Part shown: positions 13,642 to 27,255 of the stretch, in pieces
Numbering within the stretch: position 1 is the first letter of the stretch
How the letters are laid out: each line of letters begins with the position of its first letter
Assembly: GCF_001194135.2 (NCBI RefSeq)
Contig: NC_068988.1
Location: 26,911,012-26,959,826 of the forward strand
Direction: 5' to 3'
Length of the DNA stretch: 48,815 nucleotides
Source of the DNA: Octopus bimaculoides
Taxonomy: Eukaryota
Made by a program: the position numbers and the translations under genes
Notes under the pieces: model-generated
Seen by the model: the letters and a program-made list of their open reading frames with translations, nothing else
Told to the model about the DNA's origin: nothing
The model's database searches: none

Positions 13642-14519
13642 TTTAACTACCTACAGATATATAGTATATATATAAACTGAGTATACCTCTCTGTACAAAC
13701 TATGTTGGTTAAAAACTGAATAGATATATTCTGTATATGTATTATTATACATATTGTGCGAGTGTATGTGTATGCACGTGCGCATATTAATCCAACGATC
13801 GTGTATAGTTAGTATTTGATATAATATGATGTATTACTATATTTCATTTGTTTAACGTTGCAAAATTTTTCACTTTAATGTTTAGCTATTTATCTATTGA
13901 TTCTTTCAGTCTTGGAGTATTTAAAGAGTTAATATATTTTTGTTGTCAATTACTTTTCTGCTATCAGATATTTCTGATTCATCAATATAAAACATACCAT
14001 TAGCTTATATTTACATAAACCGCAAAGAATAAAATAACTTTATCCATTTACCTGGCTTTTCCTCTTTCCGCTTTGAAGGTGCTATTCTTTATTTCTGGAA
14101 CAAAGGCCTAGTCTTTTAATTTTCCTTTAACGTATAGAATAAATATCTGGAATATATGAAACTGTACTTCTCACTATGAACAGAAAATAGAGCTAAAGTC
14201 TATAAAGTTAAATCATTTTATATACACTATTCTGGCATATTGTTCAAGATTCTTTGTTCTCTATGGTAATTTTACTGTACATTAATTTCATATATGTTAC
14301 ATTGCCGTTTATCGAACGAATGCAACGTTGTATAGTTTGCTGAAGGTTTTTGTTAGTCATAGAAATTCAAAACAAATTAAATCACAAGTCTCCCACCGAC
14401 TGTGTGAAATAAATTCCATTGAATGAAACTCGTATAGAATATAGAGTATTATATACTTCAATATTGTTCTTGTGTATCTTTCTATGATGGATCTTAGTTT
14501 CAGTAGACAATAACTACAG

Positions 14520-15000
14520 CCTTTCATCATCTATACAGAAAACTGACTTCAAATAAGTAGGTAAAAATATAGCACCTACCAACTCTGCCGTGTTCAATCA
14601 AGCATCAGGTTCGCCTCAACTACGTAGGTATACCACACAAACACAAGATAAAATTACTGTCATGAACTACGATACTTCTAAAAAGAAGCATTGAAATTTC
14701 CATAAGACAAATCAAATATAACGAAACGACTGAGAATTTCATTCAAAACTCTTACAGACACCACAGTTAGAAAATATAGAGAATACAATACTAATGCAGA
14801 GACAATATACTGTGTAAATCATGGATTATGTAGAAACTGACAGAACTCTAAACTCCTCGACATAAATCAAAAACAAACTACGGAAAGAGACACAGGACAG
14901 CACTATTCACACTGACAATCTTTTCACGTCATAGAAATGAAACATCACCATTCAAAATGAAAGGCCACCACATCATGCGAAAGATATATTTTATTGCAGC
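14520..15000 (+). mobile_element. Possible Penelope-like element relic (RT thumb / GIY-YIG endonuclease)
   Basis: IYCVN(14805)...YVETDRTLNS(14827-14856) resembles GVVYxIxC...YIGETGRTL; a frameshifted Y-RKLT near 14532 resembles YRKPT. Confidence 0.4.
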
Positions 15001-15597
15001 AACGAGCTCTTAAGCACTGCCCTTATACGTGCATATATTCCCTTATATTGAAACACCCGTTACATCTGCAACACCGCGAGAACACTATTAAAATATCGTC
15101 CTTAGATCACTTTAATTCCGGGCAAGTGTATGCAATGGCAATACAAATGAAACAAGCCGTACATAAGAAAGCATTAGTGTTGAACACCTTACTTGGATCT
15201 ATTCCAAGTCATTTATTCCGGCTCAGTTGTGGCAGCCATCCCAATCTAAGAACATACAAAATTATACTCTAAAGTGGAGAATTGACTAATTCACACAATA
15301 CTGATTCCTGTACGAAACACTATGTTAGAATTGATATTTGTGTCTTCAATTAGGCGGAGCGATTGAATATCTGGAGCGCAAATTTGTAAATAATTGTACT
15401 CGAGCATAAGAGACCGTAACTACAAGATAAAATATCCATGCATTAATAAGAAAAAATTAAGATTTAGCAAGTTATTTCATTGAATGAATGCAGGCAAACG
15501 CTGCCATATTCCCAAACTTTTCTCCTTTAGTTTGTAAGAAGCCATTCTCCCAAACTAAAACAGATTTAAGCGTTACAAACAAGATCTAGTTGCAGCC

Positions 15598-15730
15598 ACT
15601 ATCAATCCGCAAATAAATGTGTATGAGACCATGATACTCAATGACACAAAAAGAGGAACTGAGGTTCAACTGAGCTCCCTTCCTCTGTCCTGAAATGAGG
15701 CCATATATGTGTATTTTCAGCAGATTGTAT
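15598..15730 (-). mobile_element. L2/Crack-like LINE RT fragment, copy 2
   Basis: About 90 bp clearly homologous to 11008-11101; translation LLKIHIYGLISGQRKGAQLNLSSSFCVIEYH. Confidence 0.5.
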
Positions 15731-17903
15731 CGAATCACCCCATCTTATTGTCTAATCACACTAAAAATACTATACACGCAAAGCGTATATTCTTCGTTTT
15801 ATGAAGTTTGAAACAAAACCCCGTTGAATGATTTATAAATAAATGTGATACCCTTATTCAAGCAAGTAATTTTGAAACTAACGAATAGAATTTTTTGAAC
15901 TTCATTAAAAAAGTTTACGAGACAATACATGAAGAAGACCTCGGAATATGTAACTTAGTTTTAAACGTTTTAATCTTGTCCAGTCCTATAGTAGAGAAAG
16001 AAGAATATATGAATACAAACTCTATCTTATCTTTTTATTAATGATAAGCGCCGACAAAACTCTTTCTCTAATATTTTTATAAGGCTTAGTATTTGTCAAT
16101 TTAAGAACCAGTGTTCTTGATGAAGTTCTAAATTTCATACGCCTCGCAGCTTCAGAAAACCATTTTCTCAAAGCAAGTAAAACTCCACATGCTAAGTTGT
16201 TTTTTCGAACTCACAAGCATTACTTCTGAAAATATCTTTTTTTCCTTAATCATGGTTTTTCAAACTACATGTTTCTTTGCTAATCAGCTAAAAAATCTAT
16301 AGCAGTATGCATCACTGAGTGCATTTCATAAGAAACTATTTTAATCTCCTTACATTCATTACGTCTCTCAAAATCATCACTAGTAGAAAAGAATCAATAA
16401 AATGTAAACGGAATTCTTCTCTCTGATTGTGGCTCCATTGTTATTCTAAATTACCATCAATACAGCTAAAAACAAATTTCTTCTACAGCTTGCAAATGTC
16501 ATAGTGGAGAATCAAATAAATACTCTTAACATAGAAATTCGTGCTGTTTTTGTATGATATTTTATTTTCAGATAAAATACGTTGATCCAGCTGTGGTGGG
16601 ATAATCACAGAGTTGCATCTATTTGAAGTTTAAGTAGAAACTGTGGTTAGAAGTGACAAATACATTGTGTGTCAAAGATTTTTGAATGGTCGGTTAGACA
16701 ACTGTGTACCACGTTATAAAAGAGCTGGATGAAGAAGACTGTAAGCGGTTTTTACAAATTATGTCGGAAAGTGAAGGAACAGAAAGCTAAAACTTGTGGC
16801 GTTTTTCGTCCCCGTAAGAATGTCGCAAGAAATAAAGTTGACCAGAGAGATGGAAAGATAGATCGAAAGGGAGAGAGAGAGAGAGGGGCGTACTTTTAGA
16901 GTGGGTGTTAAATTCTAAAGAAACCGAAGGGATCAATATCGAGAAGATCAATATTTTACTGACCTTACAGCGTAACAATAGTTAGAAGAAAGACACTATA
17001 GTGTTCCCATTGTTAATGGCGGATCAAAGTCTTTCTTTGCCAAACGGATGTAGCATGTAACACATTTGTGTGAAAGAGAATCCATGACAACAAGAAATGT
17101 TTGTTGCTTCTTGATTCAATTGATGTCAAATGGATCGAAAATATTATCCAATGAACATTAAAGCTATTTAGCTGCTACATTATCTTTGTGTAAAAGGATG
17201 GTGTTTCAGTGATAGAATACTAGAGAGGGTAGATTAGGATGGCAGCTTTGAGACATGCCAACAGTTTTATATTGCACTTGCTATTAATGGTAAAAACGAT
17301 ACCAGTTGTTCTGGGCGTCATAAAATCGATATTATTCAGTTTTGATAATATTTCGCCAATAATTATATATTCACACACGAAATGTTAAGTATTATCACAA
17401 AAATGCAGACACTTGAAGCAACATCATATTCGTTCTCTTTTAATATGTCTTAACAAGTCTTTTTGTTAAACCTTGTCCATCCTTTGCCAGCCTTTTTTTT
17501 ACCATTTTCTTAAACATCTCTCCCAAAATAACCACCATCTCTACGTCAAGCATGTTTCTATCAGCAGGCAGACATCTCTCCCCTCTGTGTCTCAAATATT
17601 CATTATCTTCTGTTCACCAGACATGATATTGTATCAATCAATTTTTCACCCAAATGTTCGAGCATTTTATCCTTCTGTTTTCACTCCCAGACCAGCATTA
17701 AAATTATTCTTTCCCACCAGCCATGACACACCCTCATACCTAACCCGGAAGTATTCTTGCTTTCTAGCGTTCCTTTTATAATCTATTTTGTTTTTCCTCT
17801 TCTCCAAACTTTTCTATTTAGGATAGAATTATATTCCAGCTAAAATCTGTTTATTCCAATGAAGGCTTCATATGTTTTCTCACTCACAGACTATCTCTCT
17901 CAG

Positions 17904-17976
<73 letters not shown>

Positions 17977-18997
17977 TTCTCTTCTTTGTATATGTAACTA
18001 ACTCCCTTTCTAAATATTCCCTATCTGTTTCATATGGACGCTAACCTGTCCGTTTCTTCATCGTTAACCCCCATCTCACTAAAGAAGAGACAATTTCGCA
18101 GCCATTATAGAAAAATGAAAGCACCTTCTAGAAAAGTAATCACACCGAATTTCTAGGAGTAAAACCAGTTCTTTGCTCCATAAGATAATCTACTCAGTAG
18201 AAGTTTCCTATAAACACCCTTTCATTCGTTTTTTCATGTAATATCACCCAACATGTCACCAAGTTAAAGGTCAATTCGATGTCTCTGATTGTTTTTGCAG
18301 AATTTTATCAACTGCAAATGTCTGGACCAGAATTCCGTAAGAGAATAACTCAATATTCCCTTTCTTCTCTAAATTTCCAGAAAATTCCTTACCGTTAATC
18401 TGTTTGACCCAACTAACCCGAGCAGTTTCTGTCACAATCCTCTCTATACGTTCGTCTGTATAAGCTGCAGAACAAATTTGGGCAACACCAAACTCCACAG
18501 TTGATTCACTCTCAGGAATTGCACTTCTTCGCAAGATGACATTTCTACCAATAATTCTGGAAGAATGGAATGGTTTGTTGCGCCACATGACAATCCATGC
18601 TATATGGCTATCATTAAATTAAAAGATGCATCTGTACATCGTACAGTCTACAAACTACATTTGGATTTTTTTCTGCTGCGGTTTCGGATTTCGAGAACCC
18701 AGCTATTTAACTTTTATCTGTCTGAATTGTTTTGTAAATATAATCCATGATCAAGTCACTTCATTTGCTGACTGATTTGATTTGAATTTTACTTCGTAAA
18801 ATGCATAACATTTCTCGCAGTCGTTTACAGCCGTAGCTACCTTGTTACCTTGCAAACAATATCTCTACAAAAAATATCACTCTCAGTCGCTACACCACTA
18901 CTGGCAGTGCCATGTGTATTGCCTCTATCACTCTTAGACAACAATTTCTCAAACTGGTCAGCTGGCTTCTTTTCTCCTTAAATCTCTCTCTTTCCAA

Positions 18998-18999
<2 letters not shown>

Positions 19000-19087
<88 letters not shown>
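19000..19087. repeat. (CT)n microsatellite
   Basis: Direct reading. Confidence 0.97.
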
Positions 19088-19090
<3 letters not shown>

Positions 19091-20476
19091 GAGTTGTATT
19101 TATACCACTGTACTCCCATTTTCTCAAACTGAGCGAGACTATGACCCATTTAACACTATTACTTTCAGCATCTTAAACGAGTCAGACTTTTATCTTATTA
19201 AAATTCTTCTAAATTTCCAAAAACCATATCACACTTACTCAGTTCGTCTCTCCACCCACTCAATCCTCAGAAAATGCACAAATGCTTTGTCAACCACCAA
19301 ACCAAGCGCTAAACATATCAGTCACACCTGCCTCTATTTGATTGTAACTCAACTGAAATACAACCCTTAGCTAAAAGGCATAAAACTTCAGAAATAAATC
19401 CATACATGCATGACTCATCAATATAGAGAGCTCTGCGAACTGTATGAGTATGTTTTTTTCCTTCCCTGGCTTAGATACAAAAATATATAAAAATGAAACC
19501 GTTATATATTTTACATTGACACAAGCAATAATCCGTTTAACCGACGATCCCATTAGAATACTTTGTTATATCAACTCCAGAAAATCAGAAATGTAAATCT
19601 GAGTTCGGTGGAATGCGAGCTTAGAACGTTGAGGGCCACTCTAAAAATGCCGGAATGCATTTCTCCCACACTCTGACGAATTTGTTAACCAATCGCTCTC
19701 GCATTCTGTATAGAAATCTAAGTATATTTATACTAAATTATCATACAGAGATATTTATAATTTAACATAATTCAGAAACAGATCACTATAAATAGTCTGT
19801 GATATAAGCTACATTTGATGTTATTAGGTTTAATGTTATTTTATTTATTAGCTAGTGTCACTTATTTTATCCTAACGGAGTTTTCCTAGTGTAGTATTAA
19901 AACTGCGCTGTGCTAATTCGCTCAAAATCTAAATATTCTTAATAAAAGAGAAACTAGAATAGCCACTTTGAATGACGTTGCTACAGAATAATCTAATTTA
20001 CTCTATTGTCTTATCGCCAACACAATATCAAGTTTATGGTGAGATGTCGTCTTCTTTTACAGAGTGATAAAGTATTAATTCTTCACATTTCGCTTATTTG
20101 TGATTTCTTAATATACGTATCAAATAACAAGACACTAATTCATAAAACAATTCTATGTCACCAGCATCAAACAACTTCAGTCGTTTGATCTTCGAAGTCG
20201 TGTCATCTGATATTTCTATGATTCATTCAAATAGTAATAGATTGGTTACGGTAGTTTTATAATGTGCTTCATTATACATATAATGCTGTGTTGCAAAAGT
20301 GACAGCTTTTCAGTATTTTAGCTTATAATCTAGCTCTCTTGTGAAGGAGACTATTCAATTATTTCGAGGTATAATATTGTTAGGCTTCAGACACCAGCTC
20401 TAGGCGATTTTCATGGGGACGGTGTGCCAATAGTACCAATAATTCGTACGTATGAATATATAGTATTATAATTCTG

Positions 20477-20682
20477 TTACGTATATAGGTAGCAAGCTGT
20501 TGTGTCAACATCGTTCGTAGAGTAAGGTTATTTTTGGAAAAATTCTTATGAAATTATGAGAACTTACTCTAAAATACAGCTGCATTATTCTAGGTTATAA
20601 TTCTATACATGAACGTGGAAACACATAACTATTTAACATGCATGCTATAAGCGAATCTCCCACCATCTAATCCACTTGGCAC
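20477..20682 (+). repeat. About 205-bp sequence duplicated at 21721-21923
   Basis: Collinear match from TTACGTAT..AGGTAGCAAGCTG to CTAATCCACTTGGCAC, with scattered substitutions and small indels. Confidence 0.95.
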
Positions 20683-21221
20683 TTCAAGATAAAATGCACT
20701 AAGATTCGAACATCTCAAGGTCGACCAAGTCTTAATACATACCAAACTGTAACGTGGGGATTACTGACGTTCGAAAATAATTTCTGAAAAACATGTGACA
20801 AACTAATCCGAAAATGTGGCAGATTCCTTTCTGTTCATCTTTCTTTTTTCTTCTTTCCATATTTTTTCCAAATTTTTTATTTATTTATTTTTTTGTATAT
20901 TTTATCATTGCTTTAAAAGGTCTCTGGAAATTCGTTTCTTTATATATTCTTTCATTCATCTTCTGTTTTTGTCTGTTTTTTCTCTTTTTTCTACACTAAA
21001 ATAGATTCGTGGAAAATATGTACTTCACTGGAAGTCATCACTTGTAATAGCATTTTAATCTGATTACAACTTACATGTTTTCGATTCTGATTAATTTTTC
21101 TAAAGCACATAATAACTAAAACATCCTCTAGCTGAACAAAAATTTAAAATAGGAATTTGCTTTACCTATTTGAATACGNNNNNNNNNNNNNNNNNNNNNN
21201 NNNNNNNNNNNNNNNNNNNNN

Positions 21222-21255
<34 letters not shown>

Positions 21256-21642
21256 CATATTTGAAGATGGTCATACTTTTCCAAATATTTTTTAAACGAA
21301 TAAAATAAAATTCTAAAACTTAAATTAAAAAACCTAAATAAAAACTAAATAAAATATGTTATTCGTTAAACGAATAACATGAACTAAAATAACTGAATGA
21401 AATAAAATAAAAGACACGGGTACAAATACTGTAGTAAGCAAACACATATGCACGCACAGAAAACACACATACAAAACACGTAGAAGCGCGCGCGCACTCA
21501 CATATGCACATACCACAGAAAAAGACAATGGACTAAAAAGAACAGGAGGAGATACGTGCGATAGGGAATCGCTGGAGCGGTCACAGCAGGTTCGACGAAA
21601 TATTTCAGCCAATGGAAACTAAAATAAGAATAATAGCAAAGC

Positions 21643-22070
21643 AGTTCTATGTTTAAGAGATGAGGAATTACGGACATTATTTACATTATTTATATTTGAC
21701 GGATATTTGTCCTCGGCTTTTTACGTATAGGTAGCAAGCTGTTGTGTCAACATCATTCGTAGAGCAAGGTTATTTTTGGAAAAATGTTCATGAAATAAGA
21801 ACTTACTCTAAAATACAGCTGCATTATTCTAGGCTATAATTCTACACATCAACGTGGGAACACACAGAACTATTTAACATACGTGCTATAAGCGAATCTC
21901 TCACCATCTAATCCACTTGGCACAACGTTAACTCAACGTTTCGGCTGATATGAGAACCCACGTTCGAAATTTCCCCAAGACACCTGATGAAGGCTGGAGG
22001 GTATATCAGCCAAAATATTGTGTTAACAACAAACAAGATGAGAACAAATATCCGTCAAATGTAAATAATG
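21643..22070. mobile_element. Composite insertion of the HHR-bearing SINE-like element with inverted segments and captured DNA, flanked by a 12-bp TSD
   Basis: TAATAGCAAAGC at 21631-21642 and 22071-22082. Contents: inverted 3' tail (21643-21714), 21721-21923 duplicate, inverted HHR piece (21934-21951), and plus-strand truncated element (21950-22070). Confidence 0.85.
21980..22024 (+). ncRNA. Hammerhead ribozyme motif, mutated (GAAAC to AAAAT)
   Basis: ACAC-CTGATGA-A-GGCTG-GAGGGTATAT-CAGCC-AAAATATT-GTGT: stems I and II pair, core G12 is lost. Confidence 0.7.
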
Positions 22071-23237
22071 TAATAGCAAAGCTGAAGTGAACAACGAACA
22101 TATAATGCATGTGATTAATTGGCAAAAACTACGACCCTCCCCAAATATAACAATATCTGTTTCAACTCACGATTTCACATTAGAAAGCTTATAAAATAAA
22201 TACATAAGCTTATGTATATTAGATAATAGATGATTTTAATGCTTTTATAAGTATCATGCAATAAAACATAATAGAAATGATGGCTATAATTTCAGTAGAA
22301 ATAACCTTAACAGAATAATGTAATAAGCACTGCTACCGCAGTTTGTTTGTTTTTTAAGCTATAATGTTTTTTGGACATAGGTGCAAAGTGTTATTTCCTC
22401 TAGCATGGCTGAATGAGAACATAAACTATTTCAATTGACATGAACACCCTTCTAGACCCCTACTGAAAATGATTTCCCAGATTTCCATGGTACTGGATGT
22501 ATTAAAAAGCAAGGAATACGCTAAAATGGACGCTGTAACTATTTTATTAACACATGTATCTCCAGCATTACTAGATCTTGTGGCAACAGAAATAAAACGC
22601 TATTATTTTATTGATAAATAAGTGTGATCTCTAATTGACCTGAAGCATTTTTCTTCATTATTTTCTGGCTGACTTACTTCGTCAATCACGGAATTAACTG
22701 GAGGTGGGTTTGTTTAGTGTGGAAGACTTTCTTTTATGTTGAACAATATAGTAGGTTTTCAGCTCCAGTCAACCATTCTCTCATCAATCATCGTTGATAT
22801 TTGCTTCTAAAATAAATTTACAAAGCAATATCTTATATTTCCGTCAAGATATAGTTAAAATGAAATAAATATTATTTCATCTTATCTATTTATTCTACTT
22901 TAGAATGACGATTTAAATTACGATTTCGTAGATTCGATTAAATATTTACTTTGAAGGAGTGAAGAAGCATAACTTTTAGATGTCCTTCATTGTGGTGTGA
23001 GCAACACTGCTGTTTTCTATTTTGAACTTTTGTGCGACGATACCTGTAAAAGATATAGGTAAGAAGAGAATTCCAGACAGTTGTAATTTGTTCTTTGGAG
23101 AAACTACTGGTGTATTGGAGAGTATTGTGGTTCGCTTGAAGCATTGTGTATTGTTTGTAAAATATGTGTCTTGAATGGCACAACAATGCACTATTATAAC
23201 AACAATGGACTATAATAACTGATATAATTTAATTATC

Positions 23238-23292
23238 CATAGTCTGATGTAATAATAATATTTCAGAATACAAAAATTCCTTCTTCAGATAT
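23238..23292 (-). ncRNA. Type I hammerhead ribozyme motif, left arm (more diverged)
   Basis: Reverse complement reads AATAT-CTGAAGA-A-GGAA-TTTTTGTA-TTCT-GAAATATTATTATTACATC. Confidence 0.55.
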
Positions 23293-23395
23293 TGCTAGGA
23301 ATTGTTCGAGTCACTACTACAATCGGTTTTCTGGGAAAAAAAATTCAGTAACCGTTGGAAAACCGATTATAGTAGTGACTCGAGCAATTCCTAGC

Positions 23396-23443
23396 GATAT
23401 CTGAAGAAGGAAATTTTGTATTCCGAAATATTAATATTATATC
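23396..23443 (+). ncRNA. Complete minimal type I hammerhead ribozyme fold
   Basis: Stem I GATAT/ATATC; core CTGAAGA plus one extra A; stem II GGAA/TTCC; GAAA; palindromic stem III ATATT/AATAT; cleavage triplet AUU with H17 at 23438. Confidence 0.75.
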
Positions 23444-26400
23444 AGACTATGGATAATTAAATTATAACAGTTATTATAGTCCTTTGTTGTTATTACAGTG
23501 CATTGTTGTGCCATTCAAGACACATTATATTTTACTGGGATATTGTTTAGTGCGATGTTTACAGTGTGTGTATATGAGACATTATAAATGATGAGAGAAA
23601 AGGATTGGTTTCGGATGAATAGATATCAAGAATCCAGTGACGCAAATGTTACTGTATTCATGGATTTAAGAAAAAAAGGCCAAGGCAAGAAACATGAGTC
23701 GGTTTAAAATCTTTTTTTATGATTAGGTTGCAGTGTTCCTGATATATGGATGATATTCGAAGTAAAACTGGTAATTTCGAACTAGAACCGATAAGAGCTG
23801 AAGTATTTTCTGGCTTAGTCTTTTAGACGCAGTTTTCAAAATGTCATATGAGCAGTTACTATAAGAAATCTTCTGAGATTTGGTGAAGTTCTGGATTGCA
23901 CATTTTACAGACATTGAAGCAATGCCATCATTGCTGGCTATGTTATTCGGTTTTAAAGATAGAAAGATTTTACATTTGCCAAGTGTGTGTGCATGATAAT
24001 GAGAGAGAGAAACAGAGAAAGAAAGGGTGGTATGAATGGAAAATAACGGATACGTTGCTGGATTAATCTACAGCGGCACTATTAGCGGAGCCATCTTATT
24101 TGAAAATAGTGATTGTAGATAGGGGTTGAACAGGTTACTCAAAGCCCCTTTAACAAAGAAAGGAAACATTCGATTTTAAAGCAAAAAATGAGAACATGTA
24201 GGTCGTGTGAGACACTAAACATAATTTTCTTTCTTAATGGTCGTTCTGCAGAGGGATATTGAAGTACAAACTAAAAGAATGGTATTGATCCCCCTGTTAA
24301 CTGTTTCCAGCGGGTCAGAGCTATAGCACATTTGTTGTGTAGATAAAAACAAGCATTATACAATGACTAACATGAATTATACCTGGTCTAGTTATCATTA
24401 TTCTACAGATGATGAAAGGAATGCGACTACTGTTCACACTCCTATAGAAATCTCTTCCTATAACATTTACCAACAAAATCAATATCTCCTCTTTTTCACA
24501 AGAATCAACGACACCATAAGACTGTTGCAAAACGTAAAAATGATAAATTTTCATGAAACTCCACTTTAAATTGTTCTACCCATATATCAACCTATTAACA
24601 AGAGAAATATTTATGTCTAAGTTTAAGTTTTTGATGGCAAACTCACAAATCCTAATAATATAAAATTATAACCCGAATGTATTAAATGTTTTCGTGTCAC
24701 AATGAAAAAAGTATTTCCAATTTCAGTCATTTTTCTGTTCCCGCAGTATAGATGCCAAAATCTCATGACGGTAACAAACTCCCATTATTAACTGTCTCTG
24801 TAAACAAACTTAATTCCAAGAAAATACAGCATGTTCAACAAAAAATGCATCACCAATTCTAACCGAAACAAATATCGTAGTTTCGTCAATAGATTTTGCC
24901 CCAACAAAATCAATTAAACCAATAATACAGAAAACCAAGAAAACAACCTCGACTAAAATGAAATCTATAAATGTCAACAACACCGGGACGTACAAGATTA
25001 ATACGTTAGTTTAAAGATTAAATAGTCCATCATGTTTAAGATCTCGTACACTGAGAACTTATAATGATAATATTATGTCGAAATATTGATAGGTATTTTA
25101 ATGAATCAGGCATACTGGAAGAACTAAAGAGAAATTGTGAAGTATACTCCTTAAGTGAATCACAACTGTGAAAACTGGTAACCATGGACATTTCTAACCA
25201 TGAACCATACTAACTATGAACATTAATCTTATGAACATTATTTAAATACAAATTCTATAAAGGCATGGTCTTCAGAAAATTAATGATCCACGAGGTATAT
25301 AATTGTTAGAAATATTGATAGGGGAATGATTATGAACACAGACATGATTATGATGTCGGTAGGTTAGCTTGCATCCAATATGGAAAGTGTATACCATAAT
25401 ATATGTGAGCTGTAAAACGACTACTTGAGATTCACAGAGTGTGTTTTCATCTAGAAAAAGCATACGCTTGTTTATACCTTGTTTTCCATGAGTGTATGGG
25501 GATATATATTTTTCGTTTCTTGTGTAGAAACTAGATGATGGTGATTCTGTTTAACCAATGCACATTTATATATTACTAGAACTACTGGCCTCATTTACAA
25601 AAAGAAAAAACATTTCATATGGAATGAAGGCGTAAATGCCGACATTTAATGCATGGTAATGGAATTAACACTGTAGCATATTTTGGATTACATATTTAAA
25701 GAAAAATAAAAGAATTTGGTTTTAATTTGGCAGTGCATCAAAGGAATTAAATGGGGTAATTATTTTAACTTCGGCCAGTTATAACTCATAAAATGCTTAA
25801 GTTATTCAGCATTACGAGCTATTACTAATATTTAGATTTTTATTCCTGGTGTAATGTTATATTCTAGAATATGATATCAGAATTCTGTTTTAAGTGTCAC
25901 TTTGAATTAGAAATCTATCAGGTAGCCGATATATGTATTTTTAATACATCACTTGAAAGATGTATAATCATCACAGACCCTGGTTGAATAAATTGAATTG
26001 TTAATCAACCTTCCAATTTCTCCTCTCTGAACTAGAAACATATCATGCAGTGTGATCATCCATATGTGAACAGCCTGTTCGAATTACTAAGTATGAACTG
26101 AGGCAGTCGCTGACAATTGCGATGATGATAGCTTCGAAGTTTTACATCATGAATTACAAATTTTTCTTTTCATTTAGGAAAATTGCGGAACTGCATGGTA
26201 AATAGTTATCAGGTCAATAGATTAAGTTTGCTACTTAGGATTTTAGCAAAAACTTTTACTGCATAAAAATGGCAGTAAAATAAAATGCAAACTAATTAAC
26301 ATATATTTTTTGAATTCATTATATAATATAAACTACGAATCCATATATTTGTTTTAAATTCCTCCGTTTTTACAAGTAAAATCAGTCCTTGTTAAACCAA

Positions 26401-27014
26401 TTATATAATTTTCGTGTTATTTTATAATTTGCTTGTTATTTTAGTTATTCCGCAATTAAGTGTTTATGATTCACTAAATGGTGGAGGTTTCCAATTGAAA
26501 AGCGGGTGGAATAATGATGATTCATTTCATTATTTATCCTGTAAAAGATTATACCAAACCAAATTGTGAACACAAAACCTTTTCAACAAATCTACATCTT
26601 ACGAAAAACATTGTTATCACCCGTTATTCGGTCTTGCATATCACCGCAGGAACCATTACAGAATAATGTTTCTCTAGTTTTCAAACCACTTTTATCTTTC
26701 ATATAAAACTAGGCTTCACGCGTGCTTCCTTGCCAAATTCAGAAGTCAAACAACCGAAAATGATGTTTCAATTATCATACACAGCTCCACAAACATTACA
26801 CATATTAATGAACTCAACAAGCATCACATGTATGAATATGGCAGAGCAAATAACATTAAGATCACTATATGCAAGTTATGCAAACATATACTATAAGAGA
26901 GACAAGGGAATGACACTAACCGACTATAAACTCCATTACTTCCTACAAATATACCGGGTTTTAATAAAATATAGATTCTTAGTATTTGGTAAGAGATACA
27001 TTTTATGGATAATA

Positions 27015-27060
<46 letters not shown>

Positions 27061-27255
27061 TCATTTCAGTACATTAGAAGACCAAAGGGAAGACAGGGGA
27101 AATTCGAGCTTACTGTACCAGAAAATTTGGAAAGCATGCAATTCACAGAGAGAATGGACAACAAGACGTCCAGTGTTACTGTGGTTTGATCTATATTGGT
27201 GACCTATTCAAGTGGTTGACCTATTTGTTTATACAGGTAAAAATGTACATTATTC

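Larger units (their letters stand above)
23157..23535. repeat. Long inverted repeat (arms 23157-23331 and 23358-23535, 26-bp spacer) with an HHR motif in each arm
   Basis: Arms are reverse complements with few mismatches, e.g. GTGTCTTGAATGGCACAACAATGCACT / AGTGCATTGTTGTGCCATTCAAGACAC. Confidence 0.97.

Noticed and set aside
16570-16800. Exon or transposase HTH relic (TTVYHVIKEL) after an acceptor-like site
   Set aside because: Early stops in all frames and only one short motif.
18271-18588. 105-aa minus-strand ORF
   Set aside because: No recognisable domain and no convincing splice-site pair; may be TE-derived but cannot be supported.
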